Below, piece by piece: positions 1 through 11,658 of a stretch of 64,000 nt of DNA. The position numbers and the translations under genes are program-made. The number at the start of each line of letters is the position of its first letter. Within the stretch, counting starts at the first letter, position 1. Origin of the DNA: Chlorokybus atmophyticus (lineage: Eukaryota; Plantae; Mesostigma and Chlorokybus algae); NCBI GenBank assembly GCA_009103225.1, contig RHPI01001715.1:263261-327260 (forward strand), given 5' to 3'. The notes below the pieces were generated by a model that had not been told where the DNA came from, ran no database searches, and saw only the letters and a program-made list of their open reading frames with translations.

Positions 1-68
1 GGGGGGGGGGGGGCAGTGCAACCAACTTTGTCGCGTTAGGCTTGACAGAAGTGATTCCGACTTTCCAG

Positions 69-1481
69 AAACAACAGCATCCATTGAGCACATCTTTGCA
101 AATGTCGCCAGCGCCACAGGTATGTTGCACTCACGCAGTATTGTTGAGGCCCTGTGTTTACTGGTTGGTCCGTCCAGGCCTGGCTGATTACGTTCCTTGG
201 TTGTCTTTCCTTCCAAACAAGAAGTTGAAGGATCTTGAGCATTGGAGTGACAGGTTTGAGAAGGTACACAAATAGGATGTGACTTGTGCTTGCATGGCAA
301 TTGCGCAGTGTGCATAAGTCGACACCGACAGAAGTATATGGGTTTCATTCCTGCAGGTGCTGTACACCAATATAGACATTGTGAGAAAGAGTATAACCAA
401 GGGTGGCCCAGCCACCAACTTTGTACACCATCTGCTGAATGTACAGGTGCAATTTCTACAAACCCTATCATCTAGTCAGTCCTGGGATCATCAGTAGTTG
501 TCCACTATTTCAAGCAAGGCTTTGTGCGTATTGAGGCTCTGTTGTCACTTACTTAGGAAGAGGAAGGTCTGACCGACAGGCAAGTCATGTTGCTATGCAA
601 CACGCTGGTGGGTGCAGGGAGTGAAACCAACAGCACAGGACTGCGCTATGCCCTGCCCTTGCTAGCCAGCTATCCAGAAACCCAGAAGGCCTTGCAGGTA
701 TGCACGATTTAATCTACCCTATTGGCTGTCAGGTGCAGCAAACCTTGCTATTGCTGAACTCATCAACCACCCTCGTACAGGGTGAAGTTGACAAGGTGGT
801 TGGACGGGAGCGCCTTGCCAGGGCTGAGGACTTTGAGAGCATGCCACTGCTGCACTCTTTCATCAAGGAGACCTTTCGCTACAAGGTCAATCTTGTTTGG
901 CTCTCAACTAGCTCTCAACTGCCAAGCTTTACACGCATTGCTGTCGTCCACGTCTCACTCTCGCTGTGCACAGCCGGTGCACGCCCTCGGCCTGCCGCAT
1001 GCCACAAGCGAGGACTTGGAAGTCATGGGGTACAGCATCAGGCGAGGCACACAGCTGTTGATTGACTACTGGACGCTCATGCGGAGCCCCAAGTATTGGG
1101 ATCAGCCCGACATCTTCAAGCCGGAAAGGTTTTTGCAAGACGGTTCGCAGGTGGGTTCATGCAGCCATGGTCAAGTGTTGTGAGAGCAAGCATCTTGCCT
1201 TGCTAGCTTGCTACTTGCACTGATGACTGCTGCTACAGTTCAAGGTGAACAATCCGGCATTCATACCGTGGGGCATGGGCCGGCGCGTGTGTCCTGGGAT
1301 ACTGCTGTCACAAACCGAGCTGTTGACTGTGCTGAGTGCTGTGCTGCTCTGCTTTGACATTTCAACACCCGATGGCAACCCCATTCAGCTTGACGAAGTT
1401 TATGGACTGACACTGGCGCCTGTGCCTTACAAGCTGAAGTTTTCCGTGCGACCTGGAGCTGAGAAATTGATTGCGCAGTAG
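69..1481 (+). CDS. Cytochrome P450, 3' portion (5' end outside window); about 7 exons
   Basis: Spliced exons give GLADYVPWL (~179-262), I-helix LVGAGSETNST (~557-697), K-helix KETFR (781-886), FKPERF (~972-1150) and heme motif IPWGMGRRVCPG (~1238-1481, TAG stop). Introns are GT-AG. Confidence 0.95.
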
Positions 1482-2566
1482 CTGGTTTCTTTGGCTGCAG
1501 TGTCAGTGTTACTCACCAGGCAGTCATTATCATAGTGCAATAGGGTAGCCCGAATACTCAAGTTGTAATGTAAATTGTATAGTAGTTGTGACTGATGCGG
1601 TGCAGGGATGGGAATACCTGATATACCGGTGTCAATTGAGGGTGTTATTTTGTTGAGATGACTTCAGAAAAACAGAAAAACTTGTTGACAGCTGCAAGTG
1701 ATTCTGCTGGTATTGTTATCTTGCTGCGGTATTATATAAACCTCTCCACCACATGCACTGCCCCATTAGCTTGTGTGTACAGGATATGCGCGAGACAATT
1801 GGCGACATGCATGACGTCACAACAGCATAGCATACCAACCGGCATGCAAACACAGTCACATACACCACCACCGGGCTATATTGACTGCCTGTTTACCTAC
1901 CACACTACCCTACTCTAGACCTCCACGTTAGGCATGCATACATGCGTATTGTTGGTTGATTACCTGTGCAACACACGAGCAGCAGTGTGTGCCTAAGCGT
2001 TGCCTTTAAGATGTTTACCATATGCTCGCACTCTTGTTATGGAGGAGTCACTAGCTTGTAAGTGCAAGAGTGCATCTTGTGTAGTGGTGAGACTGTTGAT
2101 TGGTGATAGTAAGAGTGCATGCCTTGCCCCGGATATGTAGAAAGTGAAGTCCATAAACTCTTGATAAATATCATTGGTTACCCATTATGCCAATGCAATA
2201 CTTGAGTTGTGTGCCTGATGCTGCTTTGCTACTCTGCAGGTAGTTGCCCCAGCCCTTATTACGCCGTGCTCCAGATCTGACTGCCTCATCAGCATTGCGC
2301 ACATAGGACCCAGCCCCTAGTTGTGTATGATTAAATTGCTTGCGGTAATGGTTGTGTGCTTGGTAATGTATTGTGCGTGCTTGTTGATGCCTATGCTTTG
2401 TGGCCCCTTTCGTTTCATTACACTGCCGTATGTTACCGCGTCGTAGCTGGTGGTGTACAGAAGTAATGCTGCCTTCAAAGAAAAGAGCCACGAGGAGAGA
2501 GTGGGCACAATGGGAGAGGGGAGGAAGCAATAAGGCCTTCTCTTATACATTTTGCGCACGCGCGGG

Positions 2567-2568
<2 letters not shown>

Positions 2569-2635
<67 letters not shown>

Positions 2636-2636
2636 N

Positions 2637-2671
<35 letters not shown>
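2569..2671. repeat. (GA)n microsatellite, about 51 units
   Basis: Directly visible GA run with one N. Confidence 0.97.
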
Positions 2672-2673
<2 letters not shown>

Positions 2674-4348
2674 CTCGTTAAAGCTAGCGCGTGTAGACCC
2701 CACGCAATAGGTTAAGGCAGCTTGTAAATGGCTTTATTTGTAACCAACACTGCTGTGTACCAACCAACTCGGTTGTGTTTGATTGCAGTATCAGCATACC
2801 ATCATGTTCATATTATGACTATTGGTCAAGTGACAACCTTTTCTGAACTTAAAACAATTTATGCAACATGGCTAGTGCAATGGCTAAAAATTGAATGTAG
2901 ATTCATGTTTATAACAAACCAAAACATATCACCTCGTTGATTGATATACTTTATGCAAGTGCATATAGATAGAGCAAAAGCATAAATGTATAAGTTATGT
3001 GCTCTTCACAAAATGTATTCGGATTGAAATGGTAATGCGTGGCATAAAATTGACGAAAGAATGCAATCGTTATAAGTCATATGTGATGCACCTACCTTAC
3101 AGGCAATATCAACACGTGATAATGTGTGAACATATTGCATGCCACATTCAAATGTCGTAAATACCTTGCAACAACGATTTGCATGCTACATTCATGGATT
3201 TGAATCATTGAATCATTAATAAAGTAGCAATATTGCAAGCGTTACGCATGTACATTTGCATATACTTAAAAATGAAACTTGCATAACATTGCAAACATTG
3301 CGACATGTATAAGATAGAAGTAAGCCCTGAAATGTCTCATACACAATCTAAGACACATTCACGTGTGCATCAGTCAAGAAGCAGCCCCTTGCTAAGGGTC
3401 ACGCGTTACGCTACGTAACTCGTCGCTACTGGACTCGTACAGCGACGCTGCTCCCTAATCAAAGTGACGCTGCTGTGCGCACCGTTAGGCTAAGCTGACA
3501 GTCAACCCGGCGGCACCTGCGGCGGCGGTTGGGAAGCAGTAGGCGGCGAAGAAGGGTGACTACGACAGTCCGACTGCTCAGTGTACACGAAGGCAAGGCG
3601 CTGGCCAGGTCAACACCGAGCAGCAGTCGTTGCATGCTGCCGCTTGACTAAGAGGGACTGGACTGGGGACTTGGGGCAGTGCTGGAGTCTGGAGTCGGAA
3701 TGGGCAAGTGGATGGAGGCGGCGTGATTAGCAGGCGGCGGCTGCTGCCGCCGCTGGTACACGGTGAGGTCATGTGCTTCATAAGCAACATTGATCTTGCG
3801 CAAGCAAGATCGGCCACTCTATGTGGGGAAGATTTCTTGTGCGTATATTCAAGCTGGTTGATTACACTGAGCACTGGCCACGTACTACTCAATCAGCCCA
3901 AGCGACAAGATCACAGTGAAACTTTGCAAATAGAATGTAATGTGGGGCTTTCTTGGGGCCAGAACGCTGCTTGCAGCTGTGACTTCATTGTCTAAGTCTA
4001 AGGTTAAGTCCAAGTCTAAGTCTAAGGTTGTTATACTGGACCGGTAGTACTGCACCTTGCCAAAGGCAGCTTTGGTTTGCTGTCAAAGTCACAGTGCACT
4101 AACACGTGTTAGCATACGCGTAAACCAGTGGAGTAGACGAAAACAATGAGTGCAACGCACTGTTGCTGTTGTCGTGTTCGCTGTGTAAAGCCCATTGGCT
4201 GCAAGCAATAGTATGGAGTTGTAACCATCGTGTGTTGTGGCAGTGGAAAATCCTCACGCAATGACACTTGCAAACGCTTCCCTGTGACAACACAGCTAGC
4301 GCACACGCACGCGCGCGCACACACGCATGCCCTTGACATCATCCAGCC

Positions 4349-6857
4349 ATGATGACGGAGCAGCAGAGATTCCGGAAAGCACCGCTGTTCTTCCTGATCG
4401 GTCTGCTGGTCATTGCGACGGCGGTGCTGCTGCTCGGCTTCTCGCGCGTGGCCGTGCAGAATGGCCGGCAGGCATGCAGCATTGATCAGGAGTCCCGCCA
4501 GGCGCTTTTGCAGGACTTGCAGAGGGCGTTGTTGACTCGTGGTGAAGCCAACACCAGTGCTGTTGTTGTTGGCACGCACGCAGCTGCTTTGGAGTGTCCA
4601 GCATGCCCAACAACCCCACCCGAACAACTGCAGCTGTCGTGCCCCGAGTGTGAGACTTGCCAGCAGTGTGAAGAGTGCCAAGCATGCCCGCCATGTGTTG
4701 CTCAGTCGGGTGCAGTTGTTGAAGAAGGTGTAGGAGTCTCCGGGTGGCACGCGTACCATGACATGGCGTGCGGGGAAGTCCTTACCAACAGGTGGAAGCG
4801 CCGCCTTTGCTTCTCGCCGTTGGACATGCGGTTTAACGCGCAACAGCAAGACACGCCGTGGGTGTTGCCCGAGCTCTCTCTGGAGCTAAGAGTGACCGGT
4901 GCGTTGGCTTTGGCTGGTGGTAAGCAAGGGAAGTTGGCACCCGTTTGCAACGACACGATGCGGATACAACTCATTGGCGATGACGTGCACATCTCGCCGT
5001 CGGGCGTGGAAGAGGTCGCCTGCGGCGTGTACCGACTGCGGGTCCAACTGCCCGCTGCCAATAGCTCGTACGTTGCGAGGGTGCGGATACTACACGTCGA
5101 CGGCGAGGGTGGAATTGATCCTGAGTACATCATGACGTGGCTAGAGAATGTTATGGGCAACCCCAAGCTGCTCAACCAAGGCCCCATAGTGTACAACCTC
5201 GACGCCGGCATCAAAGGCCGCCTGTATGTGCGACACACGCCTCATCCTGGCGGCGCTCTCGAACTCAGCTGGCCAGCCACCCCTCTGGACTACCGCCAGG
5301 TAGGTGGACTTGTGTGTAATGTGGGTTCGACAACGTTGTGTTGGAAGGGTGCTACATCGACACAAAGGCAGGATGTGAAGAATCAATGCTTACTTTTGTG
5401 CAGGAGTTGCCAATCTGTAAAGGTGGCGATACGCCAGGTCGGTGGAGCAGGGCGCAAAACAGGTTGTACCCACCATTTCTTGGCGAGCATCTCAACTGGC
5501 TGCCGTACACTTGCCGATACAACATGTACACGAGCTCAAGCCTGCGGACATGCCTCGTGTCAAAGCTCCCAAAGCGCGTCACTATCCTCGGCGAGAGCAT
5601 CATGGGTCAGGTATGTGTATAGTTGTTCTCGGCATTTGTGCAGGCACACACACTGACACACGCACACGCACACATCACATTATGTGCAAGCATGACATTG
5701 TGTATGACTGCTGTAGACCCCACGTTGGTTGACACGTGTTGTCCTGCACACACGCAGATGTTCTTTTTGTTTGCAATGCACGCGAGCGGCATGAAGCTCC
5801 GGTCCGAGACATGGCCGCAGGGCGGCTTTTACTGGCCGTCGAGCGAGGTGGAGTACCACCGTAACTATGCCAACGCGGACACGGAGGTGTTCGACCACAT
5901 CAGTCTATTCGAGCGCCACGGGCTGTACTCCGTTATTGAGGCCATGAACCAGAACCCCGAAGTGTTCCAGTCGGGCCACCTCGTGATCGGGACCGGACAC
6001 AACGACATGATGCGCAAGACGTTCGCCACATTTGAGGAGAACCTTGCGCTGCTTGTCAAGACACTCAAAGAGAACAACTACAAAGGCCAGCTCATCTACA
6101 TGACCGCACCTGTCCGGCATTATAAGGCGTTTGGAGGCCACCCCGACGAGTGTGTTTGCCCTGATGGCCGCCCACACAACTGCACAACAAACCCAACAGA
6201 CTGCTTGTAAGTGCCGTGCCGCTCAAACACACAACCGCCTAGCATTTGGTGAAGCGTTTGCATGTGCATGTGCGTGTGCGTGCGCGTGTTTGCGCACGCC
6301 TGCGCATACGCGCGTGCACGTGTGTGTGCTTGCGCGTGTGCTCAATTTGGTTTGTGTGGGCAGGTGCGATTGCGCAAAGTATTATGAGTGGTTCTATGAG
6401 TACCCGCCTGGGGCAAAGGGGCTAGCATACAGCGATCAGGGTTTTCTAGACGCTCCGCACGCGTGGAATGCAGAGGGCAAGAACAGGGTCCAGAACGGCA
6501 TCGAGCTCCCGCTGATGTGCAACACGTATAATCGTGTGAAGCTGGCGAACAAGGTCGCCGTGGCCACGCTGCGCAAGGCGTTCCCGTGGCTCATAGTTCT
6601 TGACTACGAAGCCATCACAGACCCTCTGCCTTCCGATTTCTGCTTCGACGGCCTCCATTACGGCTGCTTCCGCAATCATGTGGAAGAGCGCAAGTTGGGG
6701 CCCTGGCAGGTAATGTTGGGGCACAAACATTGGCATGTGTCAATGTTGTGTTGTTCATGTTTACTGACTCAGATGCTCGGTTGATCCGCAGTGCCGAAAT
6801 CTGGCGAATAGAGCAGTTGCCAATGTGCTCGCCAACATTCTTTGCAACGAACAATAA
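4349..6857 (+). CDS. Type II membrane PC-esterase/NXPE-like (TBL-related SGNH) putative O-acyltransferase/esterase; 5 exons
   Basis: N-terminal TM segment, CxxC-rich stem and an Ig-like region (GVYRLRVQLP...RILHVDGEG). Then LPICKGGDTPGRW...WLPYTC...CLVSKLPKRVTILGES (GDS-type motif), LVIGTGHND, the DxxH motif DGLHY and a terminal ANVLANILCN. Exons approx 4349-5299, 5404-5610, 5758-6206, 6364-6709, ~6773-6857. Confidence 0.8.
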
Positions 6858-7559
6858 CGAACAACAAGCAAGTGGTGTGCGCGCGCAAAACATTGTACCG
6901 TAGAGAAGGGAGTACTTGTGTACTAGACAGCTATTTATTGCATTGGCAGGTGCAGTTGTTTGTGCACCTCGGCTGCAGTTGTCTTTTTGAGTACTCATCA
7001 AGTAGATTGGTTGTGAACATTCTGCGTGCATGCAGTCAATGCTGATAAATTCATGCTGCGTTGCGTTGAGCGTGCGGGTGAGCCTTGCCGCTGTGTGCTG
7101 ACGTTGTTGCCACTCAGCAAGGCTCACCTGATAATAGTGCAATTCACGAATGCTTGCCAACAGCAAGTAAAGGGGTAGTGCTGTTCACCGCAAACAATGT
7201 GGCATTGCTGGTCGAGCAGGGTTTTGTGAGAGATGCAAAACGGTTGTCGTTGGATACACATTCGAGGTGCTGTTGTGTGCACACGCGCGCACATGTGCGC
7301 ATTTTGCCACTGCCCTTAGAAACAAATCCCGTTGCATCTTTTATGCACAACAGCACAATCCCTGCATTCAGCTCGGAGAGCACATGCATGAAGCATTCGT
7401 GTCTTGCATATTGTGCACAACACCATCACACACACCATCAGTGTCATTAGACTCTCAAGGGTAAAGCTGCGTTCAGCACCGCAGATACCAGCCCCAACAC
7501 TTGGCCAAATTCGCGTGCGCCTGCTGTGTGTCATCACCCGACGGCGGCGGCGGTGGAGC

Positions 7560-8700
7560 ATGTGGCTGCGGGCGGCAGGCTGGAGGCTTAGGGCGTCGCT
7601 GTCGTCGTCGCTCCTGCTGCAGCACAGCTGCGAACAGCAGGCCGCTGGGCACAGCAGGTCCTTCGCCGCAGCAGCGAAGCGCAAGGGAGGAGGCGCTGCA
7701 CCATCAGGAGCAGGAGCAGGAGCAGGAGGATGGGAAGGTGAGGCGGCAACTAGGGCGGGCATGGCCGGCGCCGTGGCCGCCCTAGTCAGGGAGTACGCTG
7801 GTCTCAGGGCTGGGAGGGCGTCGCCTGGGGTGCTGGAGTCCCTGACGGTGGAGGCTTACGGGGCCAGGACGGCCCTGAAGGCGGTGGCATCGGTGTCGGC
7901 CCTGGACGCCCACATGCTCTCGGTGGTCCCCTTTGACGCCTCCCTCGCCCCGGCACTGGAGAAAGCTATTAGGGAGGGACCACTCGGACTCAACCCAAGG
8001 CTGGAGCGAGAGTCGGCCGCCGCATCCATACTCGTGCCCATACCCAAACCTACACCGGAACATAGGAAAGCACTCGTCAAGATGGCATCGCAGGCAGCCG
8101 AAGACGCCAAGGCAATGCACCATTCCATGCATGCATTGTGTTATTTTGTGCCTCTGGTTGGACTGACTCTCATTGGGTTTCAGCAGTCGCTAGGAACATG
8201 TTCACACCATCATCTAGTGCGACACTGCACGTGTGTGCAAGCCACCAGCGCGCACGCACGTCCGCGTGTGCATGCATGTGCAGATGCAATTGCAATTGCA
8301 ATCGCGTGCTGGCATGCATCATGTTGCAGTCAGTCAGTCACCCAGTCAGCTGATACATGGGAGTGCGATGTGCAGGTCTCAATGCGAAGGGTTCGGAAGG
8401 AGGCGCTTGAGGAGGTTCGCGCGAAGAAGAGCGAGATGGCTGAAGATGACTTCCGCCGCATAGAAAAACAGGTGCGGTGAACATTCATCCATGACACATT
8501 GCACAAAATCCCAAGCATGCCTTGTTTCAAACCTGCCATGCCACGCTTCATTGCAGTCTATCCCGACGCGACAAGTTAAACTACTCAACTCATCCCTCGG
8601 TGTTCCTTCTCTTGCTGCGCAGATACAGGCATTGACCGACGAGCACATCAAGCAAGTGGGTGACTTGCTGTCCTCAAAAGAGAAGGACATCTTGGCATGA
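7560..8700 (+). CDS. RRF: Ribosome recycling factor, organelle-targeted (probably mitochondrial); 3 exons
   Basis: LRAGRASPGVLESLTVEAYG...LKAVA...VVPFD...LEKAI...LGLNP...VPIPKPTPEHRKALVK...AEDAK|VSMRRVRKEA...EDDFRRIEKQ|IQALTDEHIKQV...KEKDIL. The N-terminal extension is Arg/Ser/Ala-rich. Exons 7560-8111, 8377-8472, 8624-8700. Confidence 0.93.
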
Positions 8701-10047
8701 GTGGATAGCATGTCATGAGCTGTCTGCTTTGCTTGTCCTTTTGCAGTTTTGCTTTTCTTTGTTGTTGCATGCTGGCACATTGCCCGCCCGTTACCGCGTA
8801 GCTGTCATGCTAGATTGTTGGCTGTCTGTGATAAACTGCGCTGTAAACTGCAGCCCATCTTGTCATGGTATATGATTGCGTTGCAGTCGTAGCGGGTTGA
8901 CTTGCACCCAACACGCATTAGCACACGCTGAACACAGCGCACAACAAATGACCCTTTTGAGGCAACGGCTCTTGTTACATCAGAATGCGTAGGGCGCAAT
9001 TACAAGGCAAGTCACAAGTCCACACAACTGCAGTTCACTTCATAGCACAAGTAACAGCACTGGCGCATAGCCTCAGTGCTCTGTCATGCCAGCAGAGATG
9101 GGTTGCATGCATGCTGTGGGTTGCGTGTGGGCTGCATGCACTGGTTAGGAACTCAGCTAACATATACAAATGTGCTATCATACGCTGTGACTGCAATGTT
9201 CACCGAGCAAACATGCAGTTGCTTTCTCATGATGAGGGTAACTGAAAGCGAATCAAGTGCAGGACAAGCACACTGTGATGACAATTTGCACGAGCACGCT
9301 ATCTTTATTTTGATGAATGAAGCAATATCATGTGTCAATTGTATTGAAACTGAGGCTAGTAACGCTGCTTCAGGCAATGTGAACAGCACATGCAATATGC
9401 CTATGCATGACTACACGATAACATGGTAGGGAATTGTTGTGTGATGTAGCGATAGGAATAGCCCGGTGGTAAGTTGATGTGATTAATTGTTGGTATGAGA
9501 TTGCATGTGCCGTATGCTGCATGCTGCATGCGTCATGCAGCACTGAACTGTTCGCGGGGGTTGACGTGACGGAGGGGTGGCAGAGCACGCAGCACATCAC
9601 TGCACATCATCGCACTTTTTGCCGTTCGTTCCTTCCTTGCTGCGCGCCACTACCGCTTCTCACCTTCGCCTGCTGCCTGTGCTTCACAGGTTGGTTAATG
9701 TTGGTTGGCTGCCTCCTGCTGCTCGACGCTTGAATTGCATTGCACATAAGGCACTTAGTGTGGTGTAGGATAGGTGGTAAAGGCCCCGGGTGTTAAAAAA
9801 GAGTGTTGGTGTTGGTTGCTTGTGCTTGTGCTTGTGTGCTGGCTACTTACAGATGAGCATGTTTGTGAGATGACTACGATGCATACCCTATGCTATGCAT
9901 GCCACCGGTTGACACCTTGCATAGTGTAGCATACTATCTCTTATACGCACTGCTGCAACGTATCATGTTGTTTTTGTTGTAAATCCACAAAATTGATGTG
10001 ATGCAATCGTCAATGTGTTTGGTAAGCAATCAAGCCTGAACAACAAT

Positions 10048-11560
10048 TCACAATGCGTCCTCAGCGGCGTCCAACGCCGCAAGCACACCCGCCCGCACCT
10101 CTGCCGAAAGCTTGGTCCTCGGCCCGTTCGTCGAGTAAAACTTGCCCAGCTGCTGCACCGCAGACGACAGCTGCTTGCATGACTCCTGCAAAGTAAAATT
10201 GAAGCGTGTTAGGCCTTGATCGATGAACACGCGCTGCGAGATGAGCGGTGTTGTGACCCACACCGCACAAAGTGCATTCTTGCCTCAGCGGATACGAGCG
10301 GACTGTCTCGCCATCGTGAGACAAATGTCCGCACGAGCTCTTTCGCCCCTTCTGCCTGTTTCCGAACCTGTGAGGGACAGTAAAACACCAACCCAACATC
10401 AAAAGTTGGAAACTTGCATGCACAACAACACCACCATCAACCACCACCGCCAAAAACAACAAGGACAGTAGAGAGGACAACAACAACTACGCACCTGCAG
10501 CTCTGAGGCCCCGTCAGCTTCGGCGCGGATGGTCACGCGGAGGGCGTCCACGAGGGCGAGGGCGTCCGTGCGGTAGCGTGCGGGCACGTTGGGGTTGGAG
10601 CGGGAAGAAAGCCGGGGCAGCGCACGCAGGATACCCTGCGACCGGGCGTTACTTGTTTACTTTGGCTGCAGTCAAAAAAGCAGCGCACAATGCTCACACA
10701 CGCATGCAGGCATGTATGTGTGTATGCCTATATGCCTGCGTGCACGCGCGCGCCCATACGCGCATGCGCCAATGTGCATGTGTGTGCGTGTGCATTGTGG
10801 GTAGTCAACAACACGCAATGGACTGTACTCTAACACACAATCATGTGCACCCAATACCAGTGATATCACCACAACATCAATGCCAGAACATTTGCAGCTC
10901 AGTGTTAGAACAATCTCAACAAGCTCCAACTGTTACCACACATTGGTCAACGCCCGTGCCGTGGGTATTATGTGCCAACAGAATCACACCATCCACTGTG
11001 GTGTCAAGGCATGGTGGCATGAGCGTCGACAACAACCATGTGCCAGTTGCAAAACACAACGCTGCCTTGCGGGCTTGCAGTGCATGACAGACAGGAAGCA
11101 AACGAGACATGAGCCCTCTGCGTGCGCGTGTGGGACAAGCGTGTGAAAGCACTGTGTGCTTAGCGTTTGTCTTTACCCGACCAGAAGTAGCGAAGAAAAT
11201 AAGGGAAAGCATTCGTTGTAATGTTCGTACTTAGCTAACAGTGCATGCTTACGGCACAACCACAGCACTTACCGAGGCGTCGCCAGCTGCTGCTGAATCA
11301 GCTCTAGCCGCCTTGGCAGTCAGCGACGCCGCCGCCCACGCTGCCACTACCCCCGTCAACGCTGTCACCGCCGCCCTCCTGGACACCCCCGCCTCCGCCC
11401 TCGCCTCCGCCCTCACCGCAGGCGGACACCCTGCTTGCCTTGTACTTGACGTCAGCGGCGACCTCCTCCTGCTCGACAGCGACGACGAGGAGAAGGAGGA
11501 GGAGAACGACGTCAAAGGAGGAGGCAGCGGTAGCAGCGATGCCAACACTGAGGTCACCAT
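10048..11560 (-). CDS. LPA19: Photosystem II assembly factor Psb27-H2/LPA19-like, thylakoid lumen; 4 exons
   Basis: Exon 1 (11560-11273) encodes a Ser-rich transit peptide and a twin-Arg lumen signal (SRRAAVTALTGVVAAWAAASLTAKAARA). The mature part reads VPARYRTDALALVDALR...AEGAKELVRTFVSRWRD...AE|ESCKQL...LGKFYSTNGPRTKL...LAALDAAEDAL, matching my recollection of the Psb27-H2 pattern. Confidence 0.85.
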
Positions 11561-11658
11561 AGAGGACTACAGCCACACCGCCGCCGCCGCCGCCCCTGGC
11601 CTAGTGTACCTCCGTCTCTGTCCCTATCTCTGTGCTTGTCTTTGTGGGTGTGGATGAT

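Noticed and set aside
2317-2703. ORFs through (GA)n/(CT)n and (CA)n tracts (also 44043-44528, 44793-45400 and many HTHT/ARAR ORFs)
   Set aside because: Microsatellite and RY-tract translations with no stop codons, and no coding evidence.
5300-5656. C-terminal part of the 435-aa ORF 4349-5656
   Set aside because: Read-through into intron 1. The conserved PC-esterase motifs continue in another frame after the GT-AG intron at 5300-5403.
11241-11657. 138-aa plus-strand ORF ending just before FIP1
   Set aside because: It is the antisense shadow of Psb27-H2 exon 1, whose minus-strand frame gives a coherent transit peptide and Tat signal.
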